Shown: positions 44,604 to 54,594, counted from the stretch's first letter. The stretch is 64,000 bases of DNA from Bacteroidia bacterium (GCA_030427585.1 JAUIBW010000008.1:5831-69830), one strand, 5' to 3'. Notes: generated from the sequence alone by a model not told the origin. Program-made: numbers and translations.

Positions 44604-45305
44604 ATGCTTATCTCTGCATTCATACTAGGTCTATTGGGTAGTTTTCACTGTGTGGGAATGTGTGGCCCTATTGCCTTTATGTTGCCGGTAAATAAGTCTA
44701 ATACTACTCAAAAATTCTTTCAGGTATTTCTATATCATTTTGGGCGATTATTGTCATATAGTATCATTGGATTATTCTTCGGAATCATAGGAAAGAGTTT
44801 AAATATTTTTGGGTTACAGCAAAAATTATCTATTGCAGTTGGAGTTTTGATGATCATAATTGTAATGATCCCTTATCAAACTTTTTCTAAATACAATTTC
44901 TCGAAACCGATCTATAAAATTATCTCTAAAGTCAAAAAAGCTCTTGGCTTAGCCTTAAAAAAGAAAACACCAGACACTTTTCTTTCTATCGGCTTTTTAA
45001 ATGGTTTCTTGCCTTGCGGCTTAGTTTATATGGCTGTTTTTGGAGCTATTGCTTCTGGTCATATCCTTAAAGGTAGTTTATATATGACTTTTTTTGGATT
45101 AGGAACCTTACCTTTAATGACAATGGCTGTATATGCTGGGAATTTTTTAAGCCGAAAAGCCCGACAACATGTTCAAAAAGTTATTCCGGTGTTTGTAGTC
45201 ATAATTGGATTATTATTTGTCATACGAGGCCTTGGGTTAGGGATTCCATACCTTTCTCCCAAGCCTGTAACAGAAATAGTTTCTGCAAATTTTGAGTGCC
45301 ATTAA
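44604..45305 (+). CDS. TauE/SafE-like (DsbD_2-like) membrane protein of cco clusters
   Basis: GSFHCVGMCGPIAF motif; 6-7 TM helices. Confidence 0.6.
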   Translation: MLISAFILGLLGSFHCVGMCGPIAFMLPVNKSNTTQKFFQVFLYHFGRLLSYSIIGLFFGIIGKSLNIFGLQQKLSIAVGVLMIIIVMIPYQTFSKYNFSKPIYKIISKVKKALGLALKKKTPDTFLSIGFLNGFLPCGLVYMAVFGAIASGHILKGSLYMTFFGLGTLPLMTMAVYAGNFLSRKARQHVQKVIPVFVVIIGLLFVIRGLGLGIPYLSPKPVTEIVSANFECH

Positions 45306-45414
45306 CCACCTATTTTTATAGGTTATTTTTTAATTATAATAGAACATTAAAATTTATGTTTTATAGTACAATGACCTTAATAAAATACTCTTTTCTATTT
45401 ACCCCGGTATATAT

Positions 45415-45430
45415 TGTAACCTTTGTTACC
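45415..45430 (+). promoter_or_regulatory. palindrome TGTAACCTTTGTTACC (GTAAC-N4-GTTAC class)
   Basis: The core ends 23 nt before TAATTTTA (45452-45459); about 240 nt upstream of the 45669 gene. Confidence 0.45.
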
Positions 45431-45599
45431 AAAACAAAGAATGAAAAACGTTAATTTTATACCTTAAAATAACACGTATTTACCTAATGAAAAGATGAAA
45501 TTTCATTAAAAAGGTGGTATTAAATTTATGATAACAATTAGTAGGAATACGACATTGCTTTTGATGCTTAAATACACCGGTATTAAAACTATTGTATCA

Positions 45600-45611
45600 T
45601 GATCTGTGTCA
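45600..45611 (+). promoter_or_regulatory. FixK/FNR-like box TGATCTGTGTCA
   Basis: 58 nt upstream of the 45669 ATG. TACTTTTT follows 19 nt downstream, so the spacing is off by 4 relative to the others. Confidence 0.45.
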
Positions 45612-45668
45612 TCAAGTTATTGTAATGGCTTACTTTTTTGAACTAGATGAGAGATAAAAAAAACAATT

Positions 45669-46568
45669 ATGGAAAAACATATAAATGCATTCATCGATTC
45701 ATTTGTAGGTAATGTACAATGGACCTGGAGATCAATACTATTTGAGGTTCCTTGGTACACGAATTATTTCTGGGGTCTTATTATAATATCATTAGTAGTA
45801 TGGGGATTAGAAATTGTTTTTCCGTGGAGAAAAAATCAATCCATTTTTAGAAAAGACTTTTGGCTGGATGGTTTTTATATGTTTTTTAATTTTTTCTTTT
45901 TTGCCATTGCCATAAGTGGTTTTTATAAGCTACTTGAAGTGATTTTTGCAGACATTGGGATTTCTACAAAAACATTAACTTTAATTGATATTTCCGGCCT
46001 TTCTACAGGCATTCAACTTTTATTATTTTTTATTGTACTCGACTTTGTACAATGGTTTACTCATATTTTACTTCATAAGTATCCTTTTCTATGGAAATTT
46101 CATAAAATACATCACTCTGTTAAAGAAATGGGGTTTGCAGCCCATCTAAGATATCACTGGATGGAAAACATCTTTTATAAACCTCTTAAAACTATTGGTG
46201 TAATGATTTTAGGCGGCTTTGAACCAGAGCAGGCCTACATCGTACATTTTCTAGCCATTACAATCGGTCATTTTAATCATTCGAATATAAAAATCACCTG
46301 GGGACCGTTTAAATACATTCTCAATAATCCGGTCATGCATTTATATCATCATTCTTATATATTACCTAAAGACTCTTATGGGGTTAATTTTGGGATTAGT
46401 CTAAGTCTTTGGGATTACATCTTTAAGACCAATTATATACCTGAAGATAATGGGACAATAACATTAGGGTTTCCTGGGGATGAAAAAATCCCAAAAAGTT
46501 TCATTGGTCAAATCATTTATGGCTTTAGAGTATCAAAACAGAAAAAAAATGGTTTATCACGTTTTTAA
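45669..46568 (+). CDS. fatty acid hydroxylase / sterol desaturase family membrane di-iron protein
   Basis: His boxes HILLHK, HKIHHS, HLYHHS. Confidence 0.75.
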   Translation: MEKHINAFIDSFVGNVQWTWRSILFEVPWYTNYFWGLIIISLVVWGLEIVFPWRKNQSIFRKDFWLDGFYMFFNFFFFAIAISGFYKLLEVIFADIGISTKTLTLIDISGLSTGIQLLLFFIVLDFVQWFTHILLHKYPFLWKFHKIHHSVKEMGFAAHLRYHWMENIFYKPLKTIGVMILGGFEPEQAYIVHFLAITIGHFNHSNIKITWGPFKYILNNPVMHLYHHSYILPKDSYGVNFGISLSLWDYIFKTNYIPEDNGTITLGFPGDEKIPKSFIGQIIYGFRVSKQKKNGLSRF

Positions 46569-46627
46569 GATAGATCCGCTACCTCAAGGCAAGGCATTCC
46601 TTGTAAAATTAAACTCTACAATGTGGA

Positions 46628-47992
46628 TTAAACGGTCATCGAGAACAACATAGTCTCTGGTATTTTACGTTGTAATCTAAGGTCAAAAGCCATACAAATA
46701 TTACGAACAAAAGGTCTGCCTTTTTCTGTAACACTTATATGTGAATCATTAATTGTCAATAATTGATCTGCTTCTAATTCTTTTAAGTTCTGTAAGACCT
46801 CTGGTAGTTCTTTAAAATACATATGATCATCTTCCCATTTGGTATAAAAATGACACATCAAATTAAGAATATGTTTGCGTATAATTTGATCTTCTATGGT
46901 TAAAATATGTCCTCGATAAACGGGAATAATACTTTCTCTTACCAAATGTTGATATTCTTCTACTCCTTTTACATTTTGGGCAAAACCATACCAACTATCA
47001 CTAATTGCAGATACTCCCAAACCAATCATTGCATGTGTTTTGGAGGCTGTATATCCCATAAAATTGCGATGCAAGGTTTGATTTTCCATAGATTGGTATA
47101 ACGAATCATTTTTTAATGCAAAATGATCCATTCCAATTTCTACATAACCTACTTCTGAGAGTAACTTTTTTCCTACTTCATATTGTTTTCGTTTTTGCTC
47201 TCCTGATGGGAGATCTGATTCGTTAAAACCACGTTGCCCGTTACCTTTCTGCCATGGTACATGTGCATAACTGTAAAATGCCAGCCGATCGGGTAGTAAT
47301 TCTTTTGTTTTTAGGATTGTATGAACAACTGCTTCCTGAGTTTGAAAAGGTAACCCAAAAATGATATCATGTCCTACCGAAGTAAAGCCAATTTCTCTGG
47401 CAGTCTCTGTCACATATTTTACATTCTCAAAAGGTTGAATTCTATGAATTGCTCTCTGTACCGTTTCATTATAATCCTGAACTCCAAAACTTACTCTTCT
47501 AAAACCAACATCATACAATGCCTGCAAATGTTCTCGAGTAGTATTATTAGGGTGTCCTTCAAAACTTAATTCACAATCTTTTGCTCGTTCTACTCCCGAG
47601 AAGATACCATTAATTAAGTACTGCAAATTATCTGGTGAAAAAAACGTAGGTGTACCTCCTCCCAAATGTAACTCTTTGATTTTGGGTTTAGTCTCAAAAA
47701 TATTAAGGTACAATTGCCATTCTTTTAAGACCGTATTTATATAGGGTTCTTCTACATCATGTCGTTTTGTAATACGTTTATTACAACCACAAAAAGTACA
47801 CATACTTTCACAAAATGGCAGGTGAATATATAAACTTATCCCTTCTTCTTCATTACTTTCTACAAATGACCGTTGTATAGATGTTGTCCATTTTTTTAAT
47901 GAAAAAGTATTGATATCCCAATAAGGAACAGTAGGGTAACTTGTGTATCGAGGTCCCGGAATATTATATTTATGAATTAAATTTGTGCACAT
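46628..47992 (-). CDS. hemN: oxygen-independent coproporphyrinogen III oxidase (radical SAM)
   Basis: YIHLPFCESMCTFCGC, HLGGGTP, GF.R.S.GVQD; 454 aa. Confidence 0.9.
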   Translation of the reverse strand: MCTNLIHKYNIPGPRYTSYPTVPYWDINTFSLKKWTTSIQRSFVESNEEEGISLYIHLPFCESMCTFCGCNKRITKRHDVEEPYINTVLKEWQLYLNIFETKPKIKELHLGGGTPTFFSPDNLQYLINGIFSGVERAKDCELSFEGHPNNTTREHLQALYDVGFRRVSFGVQDYNETVQRAIHRIQPFENVKYVTETAREIGFTSVGHDIIFGLPFQTQEAVVHTILKTKELLPDRLAFYSYAHVPWQKGNGQRGFNESDLPSGEQKRKQYEVGKKLLSEVGYVEIGMDHFALKNDSLYQSMENQTLHRNFMGYTASKTHAMIGLGVSAISDSWYGFAQNVKGVEEYQHLVRESIIPVYRGHILTIEDQIIRKHILNLMCHFYTKWEDDHMYFKELPEVLQNLKELEADQLLTINDSHISVTEKGRPFVRNICMAFDLRLQRKIPETMLFSMTV

Positions 47993-48092
47993 TTTTCTGT
48001 TTTTTTAAACTATTCTTCTTAGCTGTCAACGTGTTTATTTTCAACCTAATTGATTATATAACCCGACTATTTCTTCTCTCATTATTTATAAA

Positions 48093-48929
48093 TCACTCAT
48101 GCAACACCAAAAAGGGAATAGTAATGTGATAACTTATTTTTTCGACTGTAGGATGAAATAAAATACGCTGGAAGAAATTAAGGTTTTTGGCAACCATAGT
48201 AATCATATCAATATCCCTGCTTTCAACAAAACATTGTATAGCTTCTTCGATATTGGGATTAGAAAGGAAGTGAAAACTATGCTCTATTGTGTCAATAGAA
48301 TCATCTAAAAAATCTTTATTTTTTCTTTGTCTATCGCTTAATTCTTGTTCTTTTTTAGCAACATGCAAAACCCGTAAAGCAGCTTCATTTAAAGTAAGAG
48401 TATCCATGATTGTATTCAATACTCTGCTTTTATATAACATATTATAATCTGTGGGAAATGCAATTTCTTTAGGTTTGGTATAGATGGCTTTTTCGGGTAT
48501 TACCAAAACAGGGCACTTAACTTTTGTGATCACATCTCCTGTATTGCTACCTATGGTTTTTTCCTTAATCCCCGAAGCTCCTTTGGTTCCCATAACAATA
48601 AAATCAATATTCTTTTCCTTAACCTGTTTTCTAATCGCATCTACAAAAAAGATATATTCATTAATTTTGAAGAAGCTATGTTTTGTATTTAAAGGTAGCT
48701 TCTCTATTCTTTTAAGCAATAATTGCATTTGCTCTGTATCGCTTTGGGTACTTTTTTCTAAGACTGTTTCTTTTGAACCATAAAATGAATCTCTTCCTAT
48801 CATTTCTTCAAAGGGAGAGACATGTAACAAATAAAAGTTACATTTCACCCTTTTAAAAAATGACAATGCATATGCAACAGCATTCCACGAATTTTCAGAA
48901 AAATCTGTAGGGATCAGGATGTTTTTCAT
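48093..48929 (-). CDS. universal stress protein, tandem Usp domains
   Basis: ILIPTDFSENSWNAVAYALSFF, VMGTKGASGIKEKTIGSNT. Confidence 0.85.
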   Translation of the reverse strand: MKNILIPTDFSENSWNAVAYALSFFKRVKCNFYLLHVSPFEEMIGRDSFYGSKETVLEKSTQSDTEQMQLLLKRIEKLPLNTKHSFFKINEYIFFVDAIRKQVKEKNIDFIVMGTKGASGIKEKTIGSNTGDVITKVKCPVLVIPEKAIYTKPKEIAFPTDYNMLYKSRVLNTIMDTLTLNEAALRVLHVAKKEQELSDRQRKNKDFLDDSIDTIEHSFHFLSNPNIEEAIQCFVESRDIDMITMVAKNLNFFQRILFHPTVEKISYHITIPFLVLHE

Positions 48930-48981
48930 TTTAAATACTTTCTAATACAACAAATGTATTAGGATGTACTCATGAAAAATA

Positions 48982-48993
48982 TGACAAAAATCA
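48982..48993 (-). promoter_or_regulatory. FixK/FNR-like box TGACAAAAATCA
   Basis: On the minus strand, 23 nt later comes TACATTTG, a perfect TAnnTTTG. Confidence 0.65.
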
Positions 48994-49013
48994 GTTTGGG
49001 TCTTTTTGTATTT

Positions 49014-50078
49014 TTATTCTACCAACTGAAGACCAGGCAAATCCAAAATTTTTATATTACGGCCTTCGATTTCAATCAGTCCATCTTTTTTAAAACTAGA
49101 TAGTGTACGTATCAGGCTTTCTGTTGCGATCCCAGCGACACTTGCCAAATCATTTCTGGATATTTTTATGCTATCCATAGGTTTTTTGTCTAATATGTTA
49201 GCAAATTGAAGTATGGTTTGAGCTGTTTTTTTACGTACCGAACTATAGGCCATTTGTAATAATTGCTCTTTAATTTCAGAAAGGTTACCAGCAAGCAGTT
49301 CCATTAATTCGAGGGAAATATTCTTACTTTTTTCTAGAATCTCTTTCAAATTATTTTTTGATATTCCTGCTAATTCTAAGTCTTCAACTGCTGTTGCCGA
49401 TTCTAGATATGGTGTATTATCTATAAACGAAGTAAACCCCAGGAAATCATCGGTTTTGTATAAATTGGTAATCAGTTCTTTACCATTCTCATCCATTTTA
49501 TGACTTTTCACAACTCCTTTTAGGATAAGATATATGTTATTAGAATGCTCTCCTTCTTCATAGATTACTTCTCCCTTTTTAAATTTGGAAATCACACCAT
49601 GATCATCAAAAAAATTCTTAAGCTCATGTAAATTCCTAAGTCCACTATCTTCAGAAGTGTTTATTGCTGAAGCAGAAAATTCTTGATCTTTAACAACTTT
49701 AGAGAGTAAGGCTGCTTTTGCAAGACGACTTTCGATTGCACTCAATAATTCATCTTCTTCAAAAGGTTTGGTTAGATAATCATCAGCTCCCAAGTCCATT
49801 CCTTTTCGAATCTCTTTATGTTCCGTTTTTGCAGATAAAAATATAAAAGGGATATGGTTGGTCGCCGTATCGCAGGATAGTGCTTCCAGTACTCCATATC
49901 CATCAACCTCGGGCATCATAATATCACAAACAATAATATCTGGTTTTTCTTCTTTGGCTTTAACGATGCCTACTTTTCCGTTTGGAGATGTGATTACTTT
50001 ATAATCTGAAAGCTCTAATAGTTCTGCAGTATTTTCTCTAAGTGCTGTGTCATCTTCAATTAAAAGAATAGTTTTCAT
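49014..50078 (-). CDS. hybrid response regulator: REC domain fused to Crp/Fnr-type cNMP-binding-like and HTH domains
   Basis: REC: ILLIEDD, IIVCDIMMPEVDG, FLSAKT. C-terminal: effector barrel (GEVIYEEGEHSNNIYLILKGVVK) and HTH ISRNDLASVAGIATESLIRTLSSFKKDGLI. Confidence 0.85.
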   Translation of the reverse strand: MKTILLIEDDTALRENTAELLELSDYKVITSPNGKVGIVKAKEEKPDIIVCDIMMPEVDGYGVLEALSCDTATNHIPFIFLSAKTEHKEIRKGMDLGADDYLTKPFEEDELLSAIESRLAKAALLSKVVKDQEFSASAINTSEDSGLRNLHELKNFFDDHGVISKFKKGEVIYEEGEHSNNIYLILKGVVKSHKMDENGKELITNLYKTDDFLGFTSFIDNTPYLESATAVEDLELAGISKNNLKEILEKSKNISLELMELLAGNLSEIKEQLLQMAYSSVRKKTAQTILQFANILDKKPMDSIKISRNDLASVAGIATESLIRTLSSFKKDGLIEIEGRNIKILDLPGLQLVE

Positions 50079-51310
50079 GATTCGTGGGTATTGGTTGTAG
50101 GTATAGTAACTGTAAATGTAGATCCTTGATTTTCCTTACTTGTAAAAGTAATACTCCCACCTAGGTTTTCCAAATGGGTTTTCACAATATTCAACCCAAT
50201 ACCTGTTCCTTGATCTAATAAGGCATTTTCTGCCCTAAAATATCGTTTAAAAATAAAATCTTGTTCTTTTTTAGGAATACCAATACCTTGATCAATAATC
50301 TTAAATGTAAGGATATTATCTTCGAAACATACCTGCAAATCAATTACTGTATGTTCTCCAGAATATTTGATGGCATTATTAATTAAATTTGTAAGTACGA
50401 GTTCTAAAATCTTTTCATCAAATTCTATAACATAATCATCGATATCTTTGGGGTAATTTATTCTTTGCCCGTCTTTTAGTAACATATTAGCATCATACAC
50501 CACTTCATTAACAACCTTACTAAGTGGAAACTGGCTATATTTATAAGTTACTTTTCCTGTTTCGAGACGTTCGATAGATAAAAAATCATTTAAGATATTA
50601 TCCAGATATTTCACTTTGTTTTTTATAGTATCGAGATGTTTTTCTCTTTTTCCTTGTTGTTCTGTTTTGGTATATTTTCCTGCAAGAGTGGCTGAAGTAA
50701 GAATACCACTTAATGGTGTTTTAAACTCATGAGAGACAAGTGAAAGGAATTTTGTTTTTAGCTCACTTAAATCTCTTTCTTTTTTTAAAGATTCTTTAGT
50801 TTGAGCTTCGGCTTCCATACGAAGTTTTACTTCTTCTTTTAATTCTTGTATGGTATGATGCAGTTCTTCTGTACGTTCTTCTATTTTTTGCTCTAGTTTA
50901 GCATTTAAATCTTGTATTTGCTGTTCTTGTTGTTTTCGAAGTGTAATATCGATAATAAGGGCCATTACATAATTACTACCATAAATTGTAAATGGGTTTA
51001 AGCCTGCTTCTACCGGAAACACAGAGCCGTCTTTTCGTATCCCAAAAAGATCTCGTCCTGCTCCCATATGTCGTTTTTCACTATACGCTACAAAACCATC
51101 AAAATGCTTTTTGTGACCATGATGGTATTTTTTTGGTATCAACGTATTAAGATGTTTTCCTACTAACTCATTTGTATCATAGCCAAAAATAGTATTAGCA
51201 GATCCATTAGTTGCTACTATTGTTTGTTTTTCGTTCACTACAATGATACCTTCTGAAATGGCCTCAGAAAGTAATTTGAAAATGTTATTGTCTTTTTCGA
51301 AAACTTTCAT
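50075..51310 (-). CDS. PAS-domain sensor histidine kinase (FixL-like PAS, tentative)
   Basis: PAS, coiled coil, HisKA (LVSHEFKTPLS) and HATPase (NLINNAIKY, DQGIGI, GTGIGL). ATGA overlap with the regulator gene. Confidence 0.85.
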   Translation of the reverse strand: MKVFEKDNNIFKLLSEAISEGIIVVNEKQTIVATNGSANTIFGYDTNELVGKHLNTLIPKKYHHGHKKHFDGFVAYSEKRHMGAGRDLFGIRKDGSVFPVEAGLNPFTIYGSNYVMALIIDITLRKQQEQQIQDLNAKLEQKIEERTEELHHTIQELKEEVKLRMEAEAQTKESLKKERDLSELKTKFLSLVSHEFKTPLSGILTSATLAGKYTKTEQQGKREKHLDTIKNKVKYLDNILNDFLSIERLETGKVTYKYSQFPLSKVVNEVVYDANMLLKDGQRINYPKDIDDYVIEFDEKILELVLTNLINNAIKYSGEHTVIDLQVCFEDNILTFKIIDQGIGIPKKEQDFIFKRYFRAENALLDQGTGIGLNIVKTHLENLGGSITFTSKENQGSTFTVTIPTTNTHES

Positions 51311-51346
51311 GTTTCAAAAGTAATCATTTTGATTTGTTACCAGAAC

Positions 51347-51358
51347 TGATTTATATCA
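51347..51358. promoter_or_regulatory. FixK/FNR-like box TGATTTATATCA in the divergent region between the kinase operon and the TerB-like/cbpA operon
   Basis: On the minus strand, TACTTTTG (51315-51322) follows after 24 nt. On the plus strand, TAAATTTA follows after 23 nt. Confidence 0.55.
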
Positions 51359-51417
51359 TAAAAAATATGAGTCAATCTAATTAAATTTATATTCATTAAC
51401 CGATAATTTTTTATGAT

Positions 51418-51825
51418 ATGAATACGACTCAAAACATAGGGATTATATTTTATCAAAATCTAGGCAAGCTATTCTATGCAATTGCTGCGTCGGATAAGAT
51501 AGTTCGTAAATCAGAATATGATTCATTACGAAAAATCGTGAAAAAAGAATGGGCAAAAGTAGATGAAATTGAAGATGAGTTTGGAGCCGATGCTTCTTTT
51601 CAAATTGAGATTGTTTTTGACTGGCTTGATTATGAAGAGTTGAGCGCAGAAGAATGTTTTATTCAATTCGAAACCTTTTATAAAGAACATAAATCTCATT
51701 TTACAGAACGATTAAAGCAGTTGATCTGGATCACAGCCAATACTATTGCAGGTGCATTTTCTGGTAAAAACAAATCCGAATTAATGATGCTCGGGCGATT
51801 GAAATTAATTTTTAAAAAACAGTAA
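51418..51825 (+). CDS. TerB/DjlA-N-like domain protein (tentative)
   Basis: 135 aa helical protein with LFYAIAASDK.V...E; precedes cbpA. Confidence 0.35.
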   Translation: MNTTQNIGIIFYQNLGKLFYAIAASDKIVRKSEYDSLRKIVKKEWAKVDEIEDEFGADASFQIEIVFDWLDYEELSAEECFIQFETFYKEHKSHFTERLKQLIWITANTIAGAFSGKNKSELMMLGRLKLIFKKQ

Positions 51826-51842
51826 CTAATTTTGGTTAGCAT

Positions 51843-52727
51843 ATGGAGTTTATTGATTACTATAAAATATTAGGGGTTTCAAAAACTGCTTCAGATAGTG
51901 ATATAAAAAAGTCATATAGAAAATTGGCTAGAAAATATCATCCCGATTTAAATCCTAATGATAAAGAGGCAGAAAGAAAATTCAAAGAAATTAATGAGGC
52001 CAATGAAGTACTAAGTAATCCCGAAAACCGAAAAAAATACGATCAATATGGTAAAGACTGGAAACATGCTGAAGAGTTTGAAAAAGCTAAACAATCACAA
52101 CATCAATACAAAAATACAGGGCAACAGCATTACAGAAATTATTCTGAAAGTGATTTCTCAGATTTTTTTGAATCAATGTTTGGAGGTTCCGGAAGAAGTA
52201 CAGCATATGGTAGAACCCGATACAGAGGGGAAGACTACAATGCCGAACTACATCTTAATTTAATGGATGTCTATAAAGCCCACAAAAGAACACTAACAAT
52301 TAATAAAAAAAATATTCGGATCACAATCCCTGCTGGGGTTGAGAACGGACAAACCATAAAAATCAAAAACCATGGAGGCTCAGGAACTCAAGGTGGACCT
52401 AATGGCGACTTATATATCACTTTTGTTATCGAAAACAAAACCCCTTTTAGACGTAATAAAAGTGACCTTTATCTACATGTTGATATTGATCTATATACAG
52501 CAGTGTTAGGAGGTGAAATTATGATTGAAACTTTAGACGGAAAGGTAAAAATAAATGTAAAACCTGAAACTCAGAATGGTACCAAAATAAAACTAAAAGG
52601 GAAAGGGTTTCCTGTATATAAAAAAGAAGGTCAATTTGGAGATCTTTTTGTTACATATACTATCAAGATTCCAAAAAACCTGTCTGAACAACAAAAAGAA
52701 CTATTTAGAACATTATCCAAGCTTTAA
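51843..52727 (+). CDS. cbpA: J-domain co-chaperone, CbpA type (no zinc-finger region)
   Basis: [34 protein letters not shown]. The C-terminal DnaJ_C repeats are present and the CxxCxGxG region is absent. Confidence 0.85.
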   Translation: MEFIDYYKILGVSKTASDSDIKKSYRKLARKYHPDLNPNDKEAERKFKEINEANEVLSNPENRKKYDQYGKDWKHAEEFEKAKQSQHQYKNTGQQHYRNYSESDFSDFFESMFGGSGRSTAYGRTRYRGEDYNAELHLNLMDVYKAHKRTLTINKKNIRITIPAGVENGQTIKIKNHGGSGTQGGPNGDLYITFVIENKTPFRRNKSDLYLHVDIDLYTAVLGGEIMIETLDGKVKINVKPETQNGTKIKLKGKGFPVYKKEGQFGDLFVTYTIKIPKNLSEQQKELFRTLSKL

Positions 52728-52737
52728 ATGTATTATA

Positions 52738-53031
52738 ATGACTAAAGGACATCTTATACCAGTATTAGAATTTTGTAAACGCCATGAGATAGAATTCTCT
52801 TTCATAAACTCATTACATGAGTTTGGATTAATTGAAATTATTACGATCCGGAAAACTGCATTTTTAAACTCTGATGAATTGCCCAGGCTCGAACAAATTA
52901 TAGTATTCAATAAAGAATTAGAAATTAATCTTGAAGGTGTTGAAGTCATCATGCGTTTGCTAGAACGAGTTCATCAAATTCAAAATGAAATGAATATGCT
53001 TAAAAATAAATTAGGGCTATACGAAAATTAG
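52738..53031 (+). CDS. CbpM-like chaperone modulator (MerR-like fold)
   Basis: 97 aa immediately after cbpA. Start moved from the track start 52636 (which overlaps cbpA) to the ATG at 52738. Confidence 0.55.
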   Translation: MTKGHLIPVLEFCKRHEIEFSFINSLHEFGLIEIITIRKTAFLNSDELPRLEQIIVFNKELEINLEGVEVIMRLLERVHQIQNEMNMLKNKLGLYEN

Positions 53032-53122
53032 TTTTCATCATAGTTCAAAAACTTAATCTGTATAGATCAACTTTTTTAAAAGGTAGCTTAATTACAGGTT
53101 TTTTAATTACACTACATAACAA

Positions 53123-53154
53123 AAGGTGAGTTTCATTCGAGACTCGCCTTTTTA
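53123..53154 (+). terminator. rho-independent terminator after the cbpA/cbpM operon
   Basis: AAGGTGAGT-TTCATTCGAG-ACTCGCCTT followed by TTTT. Confidence 0.7.
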
Positions 53155-53168
53155 TTCGTCGACCAAAC

Positions 53169-53180
53169 TGATCAATATCA
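53169..53180 (+). promoter_or_regulatory. FixK/FNR-like box TGATCAATATCA
   Basis: 23 nt later comes TATTTTTA; 52 nt upstream of the 53232 ATG. Confidence 0.6.
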
Positions 53181-53231
53181 TATTTTTTGATGGTTTGCTA
53201 TTTTATTTTTATATGAATTAAAAACTTTCGT

Positions 53232-54119
53232 ATGAAAACTCTTATCACTTGTATCGTTTTTTTAAGTTTCATCGCTTGTAAAAAACAAAAGCCTATTCAA
53301 AAATCATCAGAGCAAAAAGAAACCGAACAACAACATATAGAACAAAAAGCAGAAGATACTGTATCTGTTTTCTCTGAAGAAGGCCTAGAGCTAAATCAGG
53401 AAAAAACAAAAGCCATAAAAAGAGAACGATTAATCACTGCCAAAGATGATAAAACCCAATTACAAGAGCTGGTAGTTTCTAAAAGCTTCTTAAAAGAAGA
53501 AGATCTTTATGTTTTAGATTATCAATACCCGTACTTAAATGAGAAAATTGATCCTTTATACTCGGTATTTAATGATTTTATTTCAGAAAACTATCTGAAC
53601 ATTGAAAAAACCGAAAATCAAATTCTTGAAGACAAAGAGTTACTTTGTGATACCTTAAAAATTAATAGGTTTAGAGATAAAAGAATTATTGATTATAAAA
53701 TCTATAGTGTGAAAAGTGATCGTATAAGTGTTGTACTTTACAAAGAGAATTATTATTCTGGAATGCTATATTCTACATATCTCTTTGATTGTATAAACTT
53801 TGATCTTAAGAAACATAATTTCATTTATTTTGATGATTTCTTTGAAACTGGAACAGAAGAAGAAGTGTTTACTACTATAAATACAATTATAAAAAATGGT
53901 ATTAGTTCTGGAGAATTGTATCATGACTGTTGGGAGCTTTCAAAAGGAGATTTTAAAGCTTACAAAAATAATTTTGTGGTAAATGATGATACAGTAGAAT
54001 TTTATTTTGATGATTGTGTTATTTGTCCTTCGTATACAGGAACATATTCTATAGAAATCCCCATTAGAGACATAATGCATCTTATCAAAAAATATAATGA
54101 CCGCCCGATAGTAAGTTAA
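53232..54119 (+). CDS. hypothetical lipoprotein (possibly DUF3298/DUF4163-like)
   Basis: FLSFIAC lipobox. The domain guess rests only on the YQYPYL... pattern. Confidence 0.4.
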   Translation: MKTLITCIVFLSFIACKKQKPIQKSSEQKETEQQHIEQKAEDTVSVFSEEGLELNQEKTKAIKRERLITAKDDKTQLQELVVSKSFLKEEDLYVLDYQYPYLNEKIDPLYSVFNDFISENYLNIEKTENQILEDKELLCDTLKINRFRDKRIIDYKIYSVKSDRISVVLYKENYYSGMLYSTYLFDCINFDLKKHNFIYFDDFFETGTEEEVFTTINTIIKNGISSGELYHDCWELSKGDFKAYKNNFVVNDDTVEFYFDDCVICPSYTGTYSIEIPIRDIMHLIKKYNDRPIVS

Positions 54120-54179
54120 TTTCTTTAATTAAAAAATTTCTCGGCTCATTATTATAACTTAGCAATTAAAAGATAATAG

Positions 54180-54295
54180 ATGAAACGAACATTAAGAAAT
54201 GTAAATATTTCTTAATGTGAGAACGGAGTGGTTACACACGTTCTCAATTTTATAATTAATTTATTTTTAGATAATTACTAAAATTTAAACGTGTG
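54180..54295 (+). promoter_or_regulatory. conserved structured 5' leader, copy B (shared with usp leader 9364-9506)
   Basis: Two hairpins (ATTAAGAAAT-GTAAAT-ATTTCTTAAT and GAGAACG-13 nt-CGTTCTC), then AT-rich sequence identical to copy A up to the start codon. Confidence 0.6.
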
Positions 54296-54592
54296 AAAAG
54301 TAGTTTTAACAATATCATAGAATCAAAAACACCTGTATTAGTAGATTTTTTTGCAGATTGGTGTGGCCCTTGTAAAATGCTTGCTCTTATTCTTAAAGAG
54401 GTTAAAAATGAGCTAGGAGATACGATCAAGATTGTAAAGATAGATGTAGATAAAAATCAACCTTTGGCATCAAAATACCAGGTTCGTGGTGTTCCTACAA
54501 TGATTTTATTTAAAGATGGCAAACAACTTTGGAGACAATCTGGAGTATTGCAAAAAAATGATTTGCTTGGCGTAATAAAATCACACCAATAA
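54293..54592 (+). CDS. trxA: thioredoxin
   Basis: VLVDFFADWCGPCKML, VRGVPT; GTG start. Confidence 0.9.
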   Translation: MKSSFNNIIESKTPVLVDFFADWCGPCKMLALILKEVKNELGDTIKIVKIDVDKNQPLASKYQVRGVPTMILFKDGKQLWRQSGVLQKNDLLGVIKSHQ

Positions 54593-54594
54593 CC

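Noticed and set aside
45356-45454. 32-codon ORF (MFYSTMTLIKYSFLFTPVYIVTFVTKTKNEKR) in the cco-to-45669 spacer
   Set aside because: There is no paralog, no conservation evidence and no promoter geometry. It overlaps the GTAAC-class palindrome, which explains the region better.
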